From Octopus bimaculoides (taxonomy: Eukaryota), in NCBI RefSeq assembly GCF_001194135.2, contig NC_068987.1, positions 95,902,925-95,966,924 of the forward strand: a DNA stretch of 64,000 bases. The letters run 5' to 3'. Shown piece by piece: positions 51,421 through 64,000 of this stretch (the stretch's first letter is position 1; the number at the start of each line of letters is the position of its first letter). Both the position numbers and the translations under genes were made by a program. The notes under the pieces were generated by a model. That model saw only the letters and a program-made list of their open reading frames with translations, was not told the DNA's origin and made no database searches.

Positions 51421-53050
51421 GGGGTTCTAGTTAACTTTAGTTAATTTTTGTTTATTTTCAGATCATTAAAATGGAATGTCAAGTTAAGAAAAACGAGCAT
51501 TTTCGACACCTCCTTCTTTTTGCTTTTAATCAAGGCTCTAAGGCCACAAAAGCTGCTCGCGACATTTGTACTGTGTATGGAGAAGGTACCATAGCTGAAA
51601 GAACTGCTCGTGATTGGCATGCCAAGTTCAAAAATGGAAATTTTGACCTCAAAGACGCACCTCGTTCTGGCCATCCAGTTGAGTTCGATGAAGAGCGATT
51701 AAACCAACTTTTGCGCGAAAATTCTTGTCAAACGACAAGGGAACAGGTACAGAAAATGGAATGCTCCCACACTACTATAGAGAAGCATCTTCACTCGATG
51801 GGAAAGGTTCAGAAGTATCGAGCATGAGTTCCGCATGCTTTAAGTGACAACAAAAATCGACGAACCACAATCTCTGCTGGTTTGCTTGCTTGTCACCACT
51901 CAACTTGTGGACACAAGCAACGATTTCTTTACCGAATTGTTACTGGCGACGAAAGATGGTGCCTTTACATCAATATGAAGCAGCGTAAGGAATGGCTTAG
52001 CCCCGGTAAACAAGCGACACAGCGTGTGAAACAAGATCTCCATTTGCGTAAAACGATGTTGTGCGTATGGTGGGACTGGGAAGGGATTATCCATTACGAA
52101 TTGCTTGAACAGAACCAAACGGTAAATGCAGAACTCAATGTTCAACAGATGGAACGACTCAACACGGCTAGTCAAGAGAAAAGACCTAATCGGCAGCATG
52201 GAGTTCTTCTGCACGACAATGCCTGCCCTTATATCGCCAATATGATCAAGGAAGCCATTCAAACGCATGGCTGGGAAGTGCAGGACTGGGAGGTGCTGCC
52301 ACAACTGCCGTACTCTCCTGATTTGGCACCAACGGATTTCCACCTCTTTCGATCTTGTAGTAACGCCTTAATAGCAGATGACATTTCCGGTAAGCTTATC
52401 CACGCATGCGCAGGGACTAGTTCCGGAAGGAACACGGGAAGAGTCTCATGCGCATGCGTGGTCATTNNNNNNNNNNCAGGGACTAGTTCCGGAAGGAACA
52501 CGGGAAGAGTCTCATGCGCATGCGTGGTCATTGGATATTCAAGCTTCGCGCCCTTATTCATTCTCTTTTCTCGCCGGCCGGCGGAGGAGCCAGGACGTAC
52601 AAGCAGTCTCTTTCCAACATTCCAACTCTGGAGCTAGACAAATAACCGCTCAACATCATTGATGGCGTCTCAGCAACCAAAGGGCGAAGTGCTGCCTATT
52701 TCCTCTGTAAATAAATATTGTTGTGTTGATAGTTCAGAATCTGCGTTCCGTTGTTTCTTCAGAATTTAATGCACGGAAGCGGGTATACACCTAATGGTGT
52801 ATAACCACTTTCCTATAATCTCTTTCAAATGCTATGCATGGAGTTTCGTTCAATACTGACACAGAATTGAGAGCTTAGTTAGATCAATTTTTCGAGTCAA
52901 AATTGGGTGATTTCTATCAACGAGGTATTGAAAATCTTGTTGAATGTTGGGAAGAAGTTGTAAACAACAAGGGTGGATACATTATTGATTAATTAGTTGT
53001 TATTTTTTATTAACCCTTTAAAAAAAAAATTTTAACGGTGGGAACCTATA
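51421..53050 (+). mobile_element. Decayed mariner (DD34D) transposon, interrupted by an LTR-like insert
   Basis: ATG 51471 MECQVKKNEHFRHLLLFAF; W(stop)VPH; TGDERW, LHDNA and YSPDLAPTDFHLF motifs; C-terminus resumes at 52818 (…NNKGGYIID* 52992). The 5' end abuts an N-gap. Confidence 0.93.
52356..52817 (+). mobile_element. Solo-LTR-like insertion with 4-bp TSD (ATCT)
   Basis: Removing it restores the mariner frame FHLFRSLSNAM; ATCT at 52352-52355 and 52818-52821; ends TGTAG...CTATA; AATAAA near 52710. Confidence 0.7.
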
Positions 53051-54080
53051 TAGAATATAGGTAATTAAGGTAAATCCTAGCTGTTTCCTCTTGAATAAAT
53101 AATACCAAAACATTTCCACTTTCCTGTTTTGCTATATATATATATATGTATTAATTAGAAAGCCACGAATGTTCCATCCTGGTTTTCCTGTCTATCTTTG
53201 TATCGTCCATCTATCTGTATGTTTTCATTGTTGTCCGTTATGTTCTCGTTCCATAAAAAAAAAAATTTATATATACATTATATATAAATATATATAGCAG
53301 CGTACGTACACCTTTTGCTCAGCTTGTTAGTAAGTATATATCTAAATTCTGTACGACTTTCTTCCTTCTTTCCTTTTTTCTTTTTCTAGCTCCCACTCTC
53401 TCACTTTCTTGGCATTTTCTTTCTTTCCATTTTTCTTTTTCTTTCTCTGCCTCTCTCACATTTCTTAGCATTCTCTTTCTTTAATCACTCTACTTTCCAC
53501 TGTTATCTCCTTTGTACCTTCCTCCCTCTCTCTCTCTCTCGCCTCTCTCTAGTTCCTTCCCTAATTCTTCAATCCCTCCGTTCCTCCCACGTGACCCGTG
53601 CTTAGTCAAGCATGATCTTTCTTTCTTCGCCTGACTGCCACTTGCACAATACCTGATTTTCCGGGCTCCCGACTTTCATCTATGTTTGTTGCCGTAAGGC
53701 TTCCACTTCACACACCAGCTTAACTTGTATTTTAGTCGAAAGACACCTGTTGCTATTCTTTTGTAATTGTAATTGTGTAACATTTTCTCCGTTTACAAGT
53801 TTTTTTGTCCGTTTTGTTGCACATATTCACCGTCTTTCTTCCAAAAATTTAATGCCCTTAGCTTAGATTTTGGGTCCCACCTATTTTGAACAGTCTCAAG
53901 TGTAACAGACTGAAATTGTAGTAATGATTGGAAGCTCGACTGATGAATAGAAAGCCACGAATTCTCCGTCCAGGTTTTCCTGCCCAACTTTGTATCGTCC
54001 ATATGTCCATATGATTTCATTGTCATCCATTATGTTCTTGCTGTATTCTTTTTGATCCATTCTCCGAACTTTCCATCTTT

Positions 54081-54110
54081 CCGACGAAGGGCTACGCCCG
54101 AAACGTCATA
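54081..54110 (+). ncRNA. Degenerate hammerhead-like motif of a second Penelope-type family
   Basis: CCGACGA-A-GGGC-UAC-GCCC-GAAAC-GUC; U4 to C change; stem I poorly paired. Confidence 0.4.
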
Positions 54111-54781
54111 CACTCTCTCTTTCCTTTCCTGAGCGTCCAATAATACTATCCATATCACGTCCTCACTTTGTTGTTTTTTTGTTATTGTTTTTTTGAACTA
54201 TATATATATATATATATATATATATTAGGTGTTTGTTTTCACTTTTTCGATATATATGTATATATATATANNNNNNNNNNNNNNNNNNNNNNNNNNNNNN
54301 NNNNNNNNNNNNNNNNNNNNNNNNNNNNNNNNNNNNNNNNNNNNNNNNNNNNNNNNNNNNNNNNNNNNNNNNNNNNNNNNNNNNNNNNNNNNNNNNNNNN
54401 NNNNNNNNNNNNNNNNNNNNNNNNNNNNNNNNNNNNNNNNNNNNNNNNNNNNNNNNNNNNNNNNNNNNNNNNNNNNNNNNNNNNNNNNNNNNNNNNNNNN
54501 NNNNNNNNNNNNNNNNNNNNNNNNNNNNNNNNNNNNNNNNNNNNNNNNNNNNNNNNNNNNNNNNNNNNNNNNNNNNNNNNNNNNNNNNNNNNNNNNNNNN
54601 NNNNNNNNNNNNNNNNNNNNNNNNNNNNNNNNNNNNNNNNNNNNNNNNNNNNNNNNNNNNNNNNNNNNNNNNNNNNNNNNNNNNNNNNNNNNNNNNNNNN
54701 NNNNNNNNNNNNNNNNNNNNNNNNNNNNNNNNNNNNNNNNNNNNNNNNNNNNNNNNNNNNNNNNNNNNNNNNNNNNNNNNN

Positions 54782-54991
54782 TATATATGTATATATATGT
54801 ATATATATGTATATATATGTATATATATGTATATATATGTATATATATGTATATATATGTATATATATGTATATATATGTATATATATGTATATATATGT
54901 ATATATATGTGTATATATGTGTATATATATGTATATATATGTATATATATGTATATATATGTATATATATGTATATATATGTATATATATG

Positions 54992-55020
<29 letters not shown>
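54782..55020. repeat. (ATATATATGT)n 10-bp tandem repeat
   Basis: Direct reading, next to an N-gap. Confidence 0.92.
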
Positions 55021-55022
<2 letters not shown>

Positions 55023-56164
55023 GTAGTTACACAATCTTATATATAAGATATACGTAGTTATATATAATATAGGTATATTTTGTCACAAGTGATGTACTCC
55101 ATACACAGCCATTGCAGTTTACTGGGATGGATTCAATTGTCTAAACCTTCCTTACACCTGTATGGGCAGTGAACATAACATTGTAGCAAATCAGTTGGTA
55201 ATACTCAACCTTACAAATGCGTTTATTGGCACATACACATACACACACTGGGAGATTTGGATGTTATTTTTAGCAAGTACATCATCATATTGAATATCAA
55301 CATTCTTCATTGTTTTACCATGAATAATAAAATAGGGTGTGTGTCAAGCATTTATTTATAGAATAAACTCCAATGCAGTCTTACAAAAAATTAATGACAC
55401 ATTTAAATGACAGGTTAACTTTATATTTACTAACTGAAACACTATGAATTTTTCTTTTAGTATATGTTGAACTGAAAAATTCTGAAGTTGAAACAAATAA
55501 TGCAGTATGTATATACATACTGTATTATAATAATTTATGATCAGCTTGGAAATTTCTTTAGTTCCCAATCTCCTTCATTCATTGTACAGAACTGAATTGT
55601 TAGAAACACATTGCTGTGTTTTATTTATGTTTTTCATTAATCATTTTCTTTACACATCAATTTATTTTAAAATGTAAACGCCTTAACTACAGATACACAT
55701 TCAACTATTTGAACCTACAGGAGAGCCTCTATGTAGCTACTCAATCTGCAAGAAATGTCAGCAAAATATCCTTCATGAAAAAAATTTAAAAAAGAAAAGC
55801 CACATTGGATAGTGTTATTCAAGGTACATTATATAACAAAAGCAGTTAGGATGACAATTTGACAAGTCCCTTAACCCCTTGGAGGTCATTAGGGCACTGC
55901 AGCCATGCAACATGTCTAGGGCAAAAAAGCCTGGTGGAGCCAATCCCTCTTCAGACTAAACTCATTTCTACAGTTGAGTGAACTGGAGCAACATGAAATG
56001 AAGTGTTTTGCTCAAGAACACAATGCATTTCTCAGTCCTGGAATCGAAACCACAATCTTACAATCATGAGTCCAACACCCTAACTACTAAGCCATGTGCC
56101 TCCATTATGGTCATGGCTGAAATGCCTTAGATAAAATGTTTGACTAGTCAAGGCCGACATAAGG

Positions 56165-56378
56165 CTAACCCTTTAGCATTTAATCTGGTCATATCTGGCT
56201 CAAAAATTCTGTTTTATGTTTGAACAGGCCAGATGTGGCTTCTCACACTTAGCCTACCATGTCATTCTAAAATTAAACAATCACATCACAAGAATTACAA
56301 GGCTACAAGATAATGCATGATTAATTCAAAACAATGTGAATAAATATGCATTACATAATCTGAATGTTAAAGGGTTTA
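56165..56378 (-). mobile_element. piggyBac-type MITE
   Basis: Same family body; ccctttagcattt...ttaaaggg termini. Confidence 0.72.
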
Positions 56379-57559
56379 AATATCAACAATAATAACAAGA
56401 ACAACAACTGTCATTCAGTCATTTCTATGAGAGTAAAACCTTCCTTTGAAGTAATTATAAATAATTATACATTAGTATTTGCTGCAACAGAGTGGGAGTC
56501 AGTGGTGGTGGTGGTGTCAGTGTAAGAAGGTGAAAACACAACATGTCAACTGGTTATGTCAATACAGCATAAGTAGTGCTATCCACATTCAAGTGGTTTT
56601 CAAGGAGAGGAAGATGCTGAATGTGGTTTTAATGAATGGAGTTCATTTCAGCTGAGAACCAGAAACATACAAACAGTGGGCGAAAGTAAACATCAGTGAT
56701 GATCCAATATAACAGAAGTGGTGTGTTTATAGTTGATATATATATTTATCATGTGTGAACTAGATACACATGCACCATACACAGTGTATGTTAATTAGTC
56801 TAACTATGGCATTTATCTATAAAGAGTGTTCTATAACTATTTTAGTTGAAAGCTTAACTTTTTTTTCTTTCATGGTGATTGAAATATACAGAATGAGTAA
56901 ATCTTGATTATGCTATAAAGAATATAGAGATATGTTTACCCAAGAATATTCTTTGGGGATATCATAATGTTTTGACATCTGTTTGTCTCCTCAGCCAGTG
57001 TTGATAAAAACAGATACTTCTTCTGTTGCACTATAAATAGTAGTCAGCCATGAGGGAGTAAATGTATAAAGTAACATTGAACCAAACAAAGGGAACAAAG
57101 CCAATGCTTTCATATATAACAAAAAAAAAAATTCTATATAATATTTTTATAATAATAGTCAACACTAGTTCATATAGTTATTATCCAAGATGGGTCTTAG
57201 TACTATTTATTCTTCCAGAGCTGATGATTCACTCCATTGCTACCCAGAGTTTTCCTCTGAGTAGCAACAGGAAATTTAATCTTTCTGTTGATTGGTTGTT
57301 GTTGCCTAAAAGATTGTATACAGCAATACACTGAGTGATGATGGGCAAATCAACAGCTTCAAATAAATAAACTCTACTCAGGTATTGAGTCCTTTTTCCC
57401 ATGTTTGTGCATCCAGATGTGTATGTAAACATGCATGTAACAATGGCATCTTAGTAATCACTGGGGGAAAAAAAAAAAAGAGACACACTACAATATTCAC
57501 TTCTACTTTTTTCTTATTTTGTAAAAATAATAGCAATTATAATAATCCTTTCTTCGAGA

Positions 57560-58520
57560 GGCACTAGGCCTGAAATCTGGGGGTAGGGGGGAAAGTCAAT
57601 AACATTGACCCCCACTGCTTGACTGGTACTTATTTTATCAACCCCCAAAAGATGAAAGGCAAAGTCGAACTCAGTGGAATTTGAACTCAGAATGTAAAGA
57701 TGGATGAAACGCCACTAAGCATTTTGCCTGGTGCACTAACGATTCTGCCAGCCAATCAATAATAATTCTATATACTATAGGCATGAGATCTGAAATTTGT
57801 GGGGAGGGGTCTTTGTCAATTGCATCAACTCCAGCACTCAACTTTGACATATTTTATCAACCCTGAGAGAATTAAAGGCAAAGCTGATCTCAGTTGAACT
57901 AAGATTTTGCCTGGCATGCTAATGATTCTGTCAGCTTCGGGTCTCAATAATAGTAACAATGGTTTCTGATCTAGGTACAAAACCAGCAATTTTGATGAGT
58001 GGGTACATGAAAGGTACTTTATTTTGTTGATCCTGGAAGAATGAACAGCAACATTGATCTTGGAGAGATTTGAACACAGAAAGTAAAGAATTCAAAGACA
58101 TACCACGTGGCATTTTGTCCAATATTAATGATTCTGCCAATTCACTGCCCTAAATAATTGTTTCTAAAATAAGCAAAAGGCCTGAAATTTAGGGAAGATG
58201 ATTAGTCAATTTAACCCTTTGGTGTTTAAACCGGCTATATCCGGCCCAAATATTCTACTCATTTTATGCTCAAACTGGCCAGAACCAGTACCTCACACAT
58301 ACCCTGCAATGTCATTCTAAAAATAAACAATTACATCATTCAAATCTTGAAGCTACAAGATAATACCAGATTAATTTTTTTAAATGTAAATGAATAAGGA
58401 TTACTTTTGACATATTAATTTGAATGCTAAAAGGTTAAATTGACCCAATACTTAAGTGACTGTTTATTTTATTGGCTCTAGGGGGATGAAGGGTAAAGTT
58501 GACTCTGGCAGGATTTGAAC
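57560..58520 (-). mobile_element. Cluster of SINE family C copies
   Basis: Repeated family C blocks, one interrupted by a piggyBac-type MITE. Confidence 0.7.
58211..58438 (-). mobile_element. piggyBac-type MITE
   Basis: ttaaccctttg...aatgctaaaaggttaa. Confidence 0.72.
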
Positions 58521-59584
58521 TCAAAAAGTTAAATGTTCAAATACATACTGTCTGAGGCTTTAACAAGATTCTAATAAACTTGATCAATGGATTGTTTTCA
58601 TTGCTAGTACAAAGTAAAAAATAAAGTAAAGTGAATCTGCCTTTATCAACACCAGCTGGCTAGGATAAACAACCAAACATTACAATGTCTCAAAAGAATA
58701 CTCTTTAGTAAATATATCCATATTTTCTTTACGTGATATATTTTAAATTCACTCTTTCTACTTACTTTATTCATAGAGACGTTTGTCATAACCTTGACTA
58801 ACTTAAATGTAACCAACTTTATCAATGTATTCAAGAACTCAGGCTATGATGAAACTGCTTCAATTTCAACTTGCTTTAAGATCAAATCACATGCTAATAA
58901 GTACAGCTCAAGAAAACACACACACACACACAAACACAAACACACATTGTTCATTCATTTAACATACACTTTTTGATACTAGTATGGGTTGGAGAAGAGG
59001 ACTTATCTGAAGCAGGATTTTACAGTCAGATGCTCTTCCTGTTACCAACCCTTGTTTTTCATGTAAAGGATTTTTCATTTAAAAGGACATTCAAAAGCAG
59101 AGTGATCAGTTGTAATGTCAAGAAGGAATGTAAACATCATTTCACTATTGCTCTCTGACAATGACACAAAACTGTGGAACGACACACAAAACTATGGAAT
59201 GTCGACAATCATGCACATATGAATACATACACACACAAATACAAATGCACACACATATACATGAATGCTTGTCTCTTAAAGCAGCAAGGTAAGTCTAGTC
59301 ATCCTGAAGGAAGACTGATGACTTAAGTGGTGACTTTGTTTAAAGTGAAAAATAGAGTTGCTCACCATCGACCTCATTCTTCTGACTATCACTGTCTTCA
59401 CTCTTGTGGCAAGGTCAGGTCAAGATAACTGGGAATGGAGACAGATGTAGTGAATGACTAAGACGTCTTACTTGTCACATCTTGCTCTCTGCACTTCACA
59501 ATGCATTGCTACAGTTGCCTCTCCTTCCACTAAACCATGAAAGTTTCTTCTACAGAGTTGGCTGAATTCATTCACACATACATA

Positions 59585-61044
59585 CAAAGGTGGGCTGAAA
59601 GGTTCATAGGTTGACTATGAAGGAGTGATGTTAGAGTTGCGAAATCTTGCATGCATTAATTTCAACTCTTCTTATTAATAGGTGCATTGTTTCTTTCCGG
59701 GTAAACCACTATCTGATTGTTCAAAGTAGACTTCAAAAGTAACTAGTAATAATTTCTCTTGTAAATGGACAAAATGTGGCATCGTTGTGTTATCAAGTAC
59801 CAACAGAAAAAGGGTTTAGTCCCCAAGGACATTTATACTGACATGGTTGCTACATTAGGGGATGATGCTTCAGTTTTATCAATGGTGCAAAAGTGAGCAG
59901 CTGAATTTAGGATGGGGATTGATAGTTGTAAGATGACATCCTGCAACTGCCACCACCAAGAAAAACATCGATCATGTTCACCACAATCTGTTGGATGACA
60001 AGTAATTGACTTTAAACTAAATAGTTTATGTTATTAGCATGTCCCATGAGAGAGCTGGGTACATTCTCCACAATGAACTTGGCTTGACAAAGGTTTCTGT
60101 TAAGTGGATGCCACGTCTTCTGACACCTGATCAAAGGTGCACCAGGCTGATCACATCACATGAAAATCTGACATTGTTTCAGGTAGATCCAGTTGGTTTC
60201 CTTGAACATTTCCTAACCAAGGATGAGTGTTGGCTTCATCATTTTGAGCCAAAGACAAAGAGATAATCTATGCAGTGAAAACACCCTTCCTCACTTGCTC
60301 CAAAGCTAATGTCATTTCATTTGAAGGGAAGGTGATGGTCTCAGTTTTTTGGGATGCAAAAGGTATTGTGTTTATTGATTATTTTCAATAGGACCTCACC
60401 ATCAATGAAGAGTACTATGCCTACTTGATGAAGTAGTTACAAAAAGCTATCAAGACCAAATGCCCAGGAAAATTGACAAAAGGGGACTTGTTTCATCAGG
60501 AAAATGCTCCAGCACATAAGTTTCAATGGCTACTGTTTGTGACTATGGATTTGAACTGATTAATCATCCTCCATCTGACTATCATCTATTCTCCAACATG
60601 AAAAAACACTTGGTTGGGAACCAGTTTTGCTGTGATAATGACTGGCCCTCATGCCGGTGGCACGCAAAAGCACCCACTACACTCTCGGAGTGGTTGGCGT
60701 TAGGAAGGGTATCCAACTGTAGAAACTCTGCCAAATCAGATTGGAGCCTGGTGTTGTCTCCTGGTCAACCAGTCCTCAGTCAAATCGTCCAACCCATGCT
60801 AGCATGGAAAGCGGACGTTAAATGATGACGACGATGATGATGATGATGAATGATGTCACATCTGCTGTTGATGACTTTTTGACCAACAAGATGAAAGCTT
60901 CTTCACTAATGGGATCTAAGCACTGCAGCACTGAAGGAAGAATTGTGTGAACCCCAAGAGGGACCGTGTTGAAAAATAAACCTCATTTGGTCACATTCCA
61001 TAAGAATATCTTGGTCAGCCTATAAACTTTTCAACTGATTGTCA
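59585..61044 (+). mobile_element. Decayed mariner (irritans-like), interrupted by an RTE 3' end
   Basis: KWMPRLLT, TKDECW, SVFWDAKG and PSDYHLF motifs; degenerate TIRs (ctgaaaggttcataggttgac / gtcagcctataaacttttcaac); TA flanks. Confidence 0.85.
60641..60850 (+). mobile_element. RTE 3' UTR inserted into a mariner ORF
   Basis: Splits mariner CDND|DVTSAV; (GAT)n tail; short aatga duplication. Confidence 0.78.
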
Positions 61045-61644
61045 TACATATACACACATACAATGGCCTCTTATACAGTTTCTGTTTACCAAATATGTAC
61101 ACAAAATATTGAAAGCTATAGTAGAAGACACTTGCACAAGGTGCTGAGCAGTGAAACTGAACCTGAAACTATGTGGTTGTGAAGCAAACTTCTTACCCAC
61201 AGTCATGCCTGCAACCCCAACACACCACACAGATACATTTTCACTAACAATGTAATGGGGTATATGAATACATTATTGTGTTTTTAACAATGTTTAGATA
61301 ATGCTAATGAAAATGGATTATAAATTATGCTTTAATTTATTTGGGTGGGTTTGTGTTAAGTTTGTTTTCACAAATTATCATGGCCTTAATTATTTTGTTG
61401 TTGTTATTGTATGATGGCAACATACACAAAAAGTCAGTGGTGGTGGTGATGGCAGAAGGGTGGAAACAGTAAAAAGTATCAGATTAAATAAGAACCAAAT
61501 AGCTGTTGATGTACTGAATGACAGAGAAAAAAAAAAAAACTTAAGGAACTGGTATTTTCTTCTTGGTCTTAGAAAATAAACAAAAACTTAGCAACAATCA
61601 TTAGCAACACAAAAAAAGGGTAGATCATCAAGAAAATTACCACC

Positions 61645-62446
61645 ATCATCTTGTAACGTCCATTTTCCATGCCAGCATGGGTTGGACAGTTTGACCAGCT
61701 GGGGAGCTGCCCAGGCTCCGTTTGTCTGTTTTGGCATGGTTTCTATGGCAGGATAACTTTCCTAACACCAACCACTTTACAGAGAGTACTGGGTGCTTTT
61801 TATATGGCACCAGCATGGGTGCTTTATATGTGACACTGGCATGGGTACTTTATATGTAGCACTGACACAGGTGCTCCTGTACATGGAAATGGCACATGTG
61901 CTCACTAAGTAGCACTGATATGTGTGTTTTTTATGCAACACTGAAACAAGTGCTTTTTATGTGGCACCAGCACCCATGAGCCCACAAGACAAGGACCTCT
62001 CACATGATAGAAGGAATGAAGGGCATGGCCACAAAGGACAGGCTTGTAATGGATAGCCATGATTTTTACTTAGTTTGACCTGCAAATTGCCCGAAGTCTC
62101 GGTCCCTTGTCATCTCCACAATGTGGTCCAATATCTGAAGATCCTTTCTCACCATTTCGTCACATGTCTTCCTGGGTCCACTCCATCCACATGTTCCCTT
62201 CACAATTAGAGATCGACACTTCTTATGCAGCTGTCCTCATCCATATACATCATATGACTATATCAGTACAGTCACCTCTCTTACACATTACATCTGATAC
62301 TTCTTATACCCAATTTTTCTCTTAAATCACTTTATTCTGTTGCAATACACACTAACATTACCCATCCAGTGGAGCATACTGATTTCATTTCATTCAAGCC
62401 TTCACATGTTCTCTGTAGTCATAGCCCATGTTTCACTGCCATGTAG
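61645..62446 (-). mobile_element. Degenerate RTE 3' fragment with UTR
   Basis: cagctgtcctcatccatat and gtttcactgccatgtag blocks shared with other copies; degenerate tandem UTR. Confidence 0.7.
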
Positions 62447-62556
62447 TGTAGTGAAACCTCTCTCTCAGCCATTCAATCACAAATGATAACGAAGCTGCTA
62501 ACATCTAGCCTTCGGCTACCTTGGACCCTTCTGTCCATCATCCTGATTGGTTCTTA

Positions 62557-63125
62557 GGATCTTTTTTAAAACGGGGGCCACATTTTTCATTAATGTTTTA
62601 CGTAGTGTTTTTGGTACCGAAAGACTTTCAAACTTCGGATACTTATCTATTTTGTGTTATAGAACAGAAAAATATTTTTGTATTCGAATTTATTTCATGT
62701 AAAAAATTGTCTTATTTCGATAATTTCAACCAATCACTGACAAGTATTCAGTTGTTTACATTTACTCCTTTGGCTAATTAAGCGATGTAAAGCGTATTTA
62801 ATCTCCATACCTTCGTTTTATTTGCTTTTTTCATTTTAAATTTGCTTTAACCCTAACCCTAACCCTAGGGTTAGGGTTAGGGTTAATTGTTTCAGAATCG
62901 TTTGTTTATGTAGTCGGCACTTAATGTATATCGGCTGAATGGACGTCAGTGATTGGTTGAAATTACAGAAATACGACAACTTTAACATGGAATAATTTAT
63001 GGATTTCTTTTTTTTTTTAAGAAGACTAAGAGAAAAAGATGTTTTATATGACACATTCTACCAGTGTTCCAAGTTTCAAAGTGTTTCGTTAATGAAAAAT
63101 GTGGCCCCCGTTTTAAAAAAGATCC
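62557..63125. mobile_element. Second copy of the telomere-core MITE
   Basis: Near-identical to 39094-39677 except a replaced left inner arm and shorter 3+3 telomere core; no TSD seen. Confidence 0.88.
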
Positions 63126-63663
63126 CAGACGAACTTAATTTAACATTTATTTATTTAATGTTTTCACGCAGACTAAGTGGTTTCTCCAGAGATAATCTTT
63201 TAACATTAGCGACACACTTGTATGTATAGCTTATTAAACACAACAAATTTCATAGTCAGAATACTTAACGTTAAAATCCGAGAGAAAAATATTTTAGTCT
63301 CGAACAATTAATTTCACGACACACTTCTGTAATTTCTTGACACACTTGTCGCGTAATCTATAAGTTTTCTTCCGTCACACCCTTACGAAGTGAATCGACC
63401 AGTGAGAAATAACTGTCAATTTTCCTTCAAATTACAGCCTCAAAAAAGATAGCGTTTAACATAAAAGTACGTCAGTTACAGCTAAACGATTTTGATAATA
63501 GTTCAGGACTTAGACAATAACAACAATGACACAGACGACTTAAAACAATTAATTAACCAGGAAAATAAGAGTAATTATTAATTTATTCTGCACTACTGTA
63601 GGATTTGGTAGGCGGAAACTGAAAGAAGCCCGTAGTATATATATATATATATATATATATATA

Positions 63664-63754
63664 CTAGCAGAAATACCCGGCGTTGCCCGGGTTAAAGAGA
63701 ATAATGATATCTAAAAACGCCGTCTAGACTACGCATCATCTTTATATATAGAGA
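63664..63754 (-). mobile_element. 91-bp non-autonomous Helitron
   Basis: Minus strand: A|TCTCTATATATAAA 5' end; 3' hairpin CCCGG-GCAACG-CCGGG followed by CTAG|T; AT insertion site, no TSD. Confidence 0.8.
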
Positions 63755-64000
63755 TGTATATACACACACGAACCCAAACACACGTATATATATGTATATC
63801 AATATAAATATATGAAAGTCAATGAAGTTTCGTAAAAGAAGGTGATCATGTACATACTTTCTTGCTGTTGTGATTATAACACCTCATTGTAAACTATGTT
63901 CCTTGTTTTCCCTTGTGGAGCATATACAAATAGGTTTTTTGCTGCTGCCCACTCTTGAGCAGCCAACATACAGTTGTCCATGTGAGAAGCAGGGCTCTTC

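Noticed and set aside
52411-52530. Apparent 56-bp direct repeat inside the LTR-like insert
   Set aside because: The two identical copies sit either side of a 10-N gap; most likely an unmerged contig overlap.
51882-52637. 251-aa ORF as an active transposase
   Set aside because: In-frame stop in WVPH upstream, insertion after YSPDL, and a further stop downstream.
57062-57567. Short ORFs and splice-like sites as a separate gene
   Set aside because: No recognisable motif and no consistent open exon in either orientation.

Overview
AT-rich, microsatellite- and SINE-dense eukaryotic scaffold with nine N-gaps. The repeat families resemble those of coleoid cephalopods (Octopus); this is inferred from pattern recognition, not a database search. 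One host gene is supported: a transmembrane channel-like (TMC) gene on the minus strand. Ten coding exons were read by hand (18107 to 1797) with AG/GT splice sites. Phases match at every junction except the one interrupted by the 11769-12451 gap. The first exon and the 3' exons were not found. The rest is transposon material: three decayed mariners, RTE, R4/Dong-like, other REL-type, L1/Tx1 and Jockey-like LINE fragments, several tRNA-derived SINE families, TTAA piggyBac-type MITEs, GGATC-ended MITEs with 8-bp TSDs (two carry a palindromic telomere-repeat core), a 91-bp Helitron, solo-LTR-like inserts, and Penelope-type repeats with minimal hammerhead ribozyme motifs. Best leads: a tRNA-headed hammerhead-bearing repeat; a genomic Ser (AGC) at the conserved Gly of the TMC signature that A-to-I editing would restore; telomere-palindrome MITEs; a twin-primed RTE insertion. 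No CRISPR array, rRNA or convincing functional tRNA was seen.
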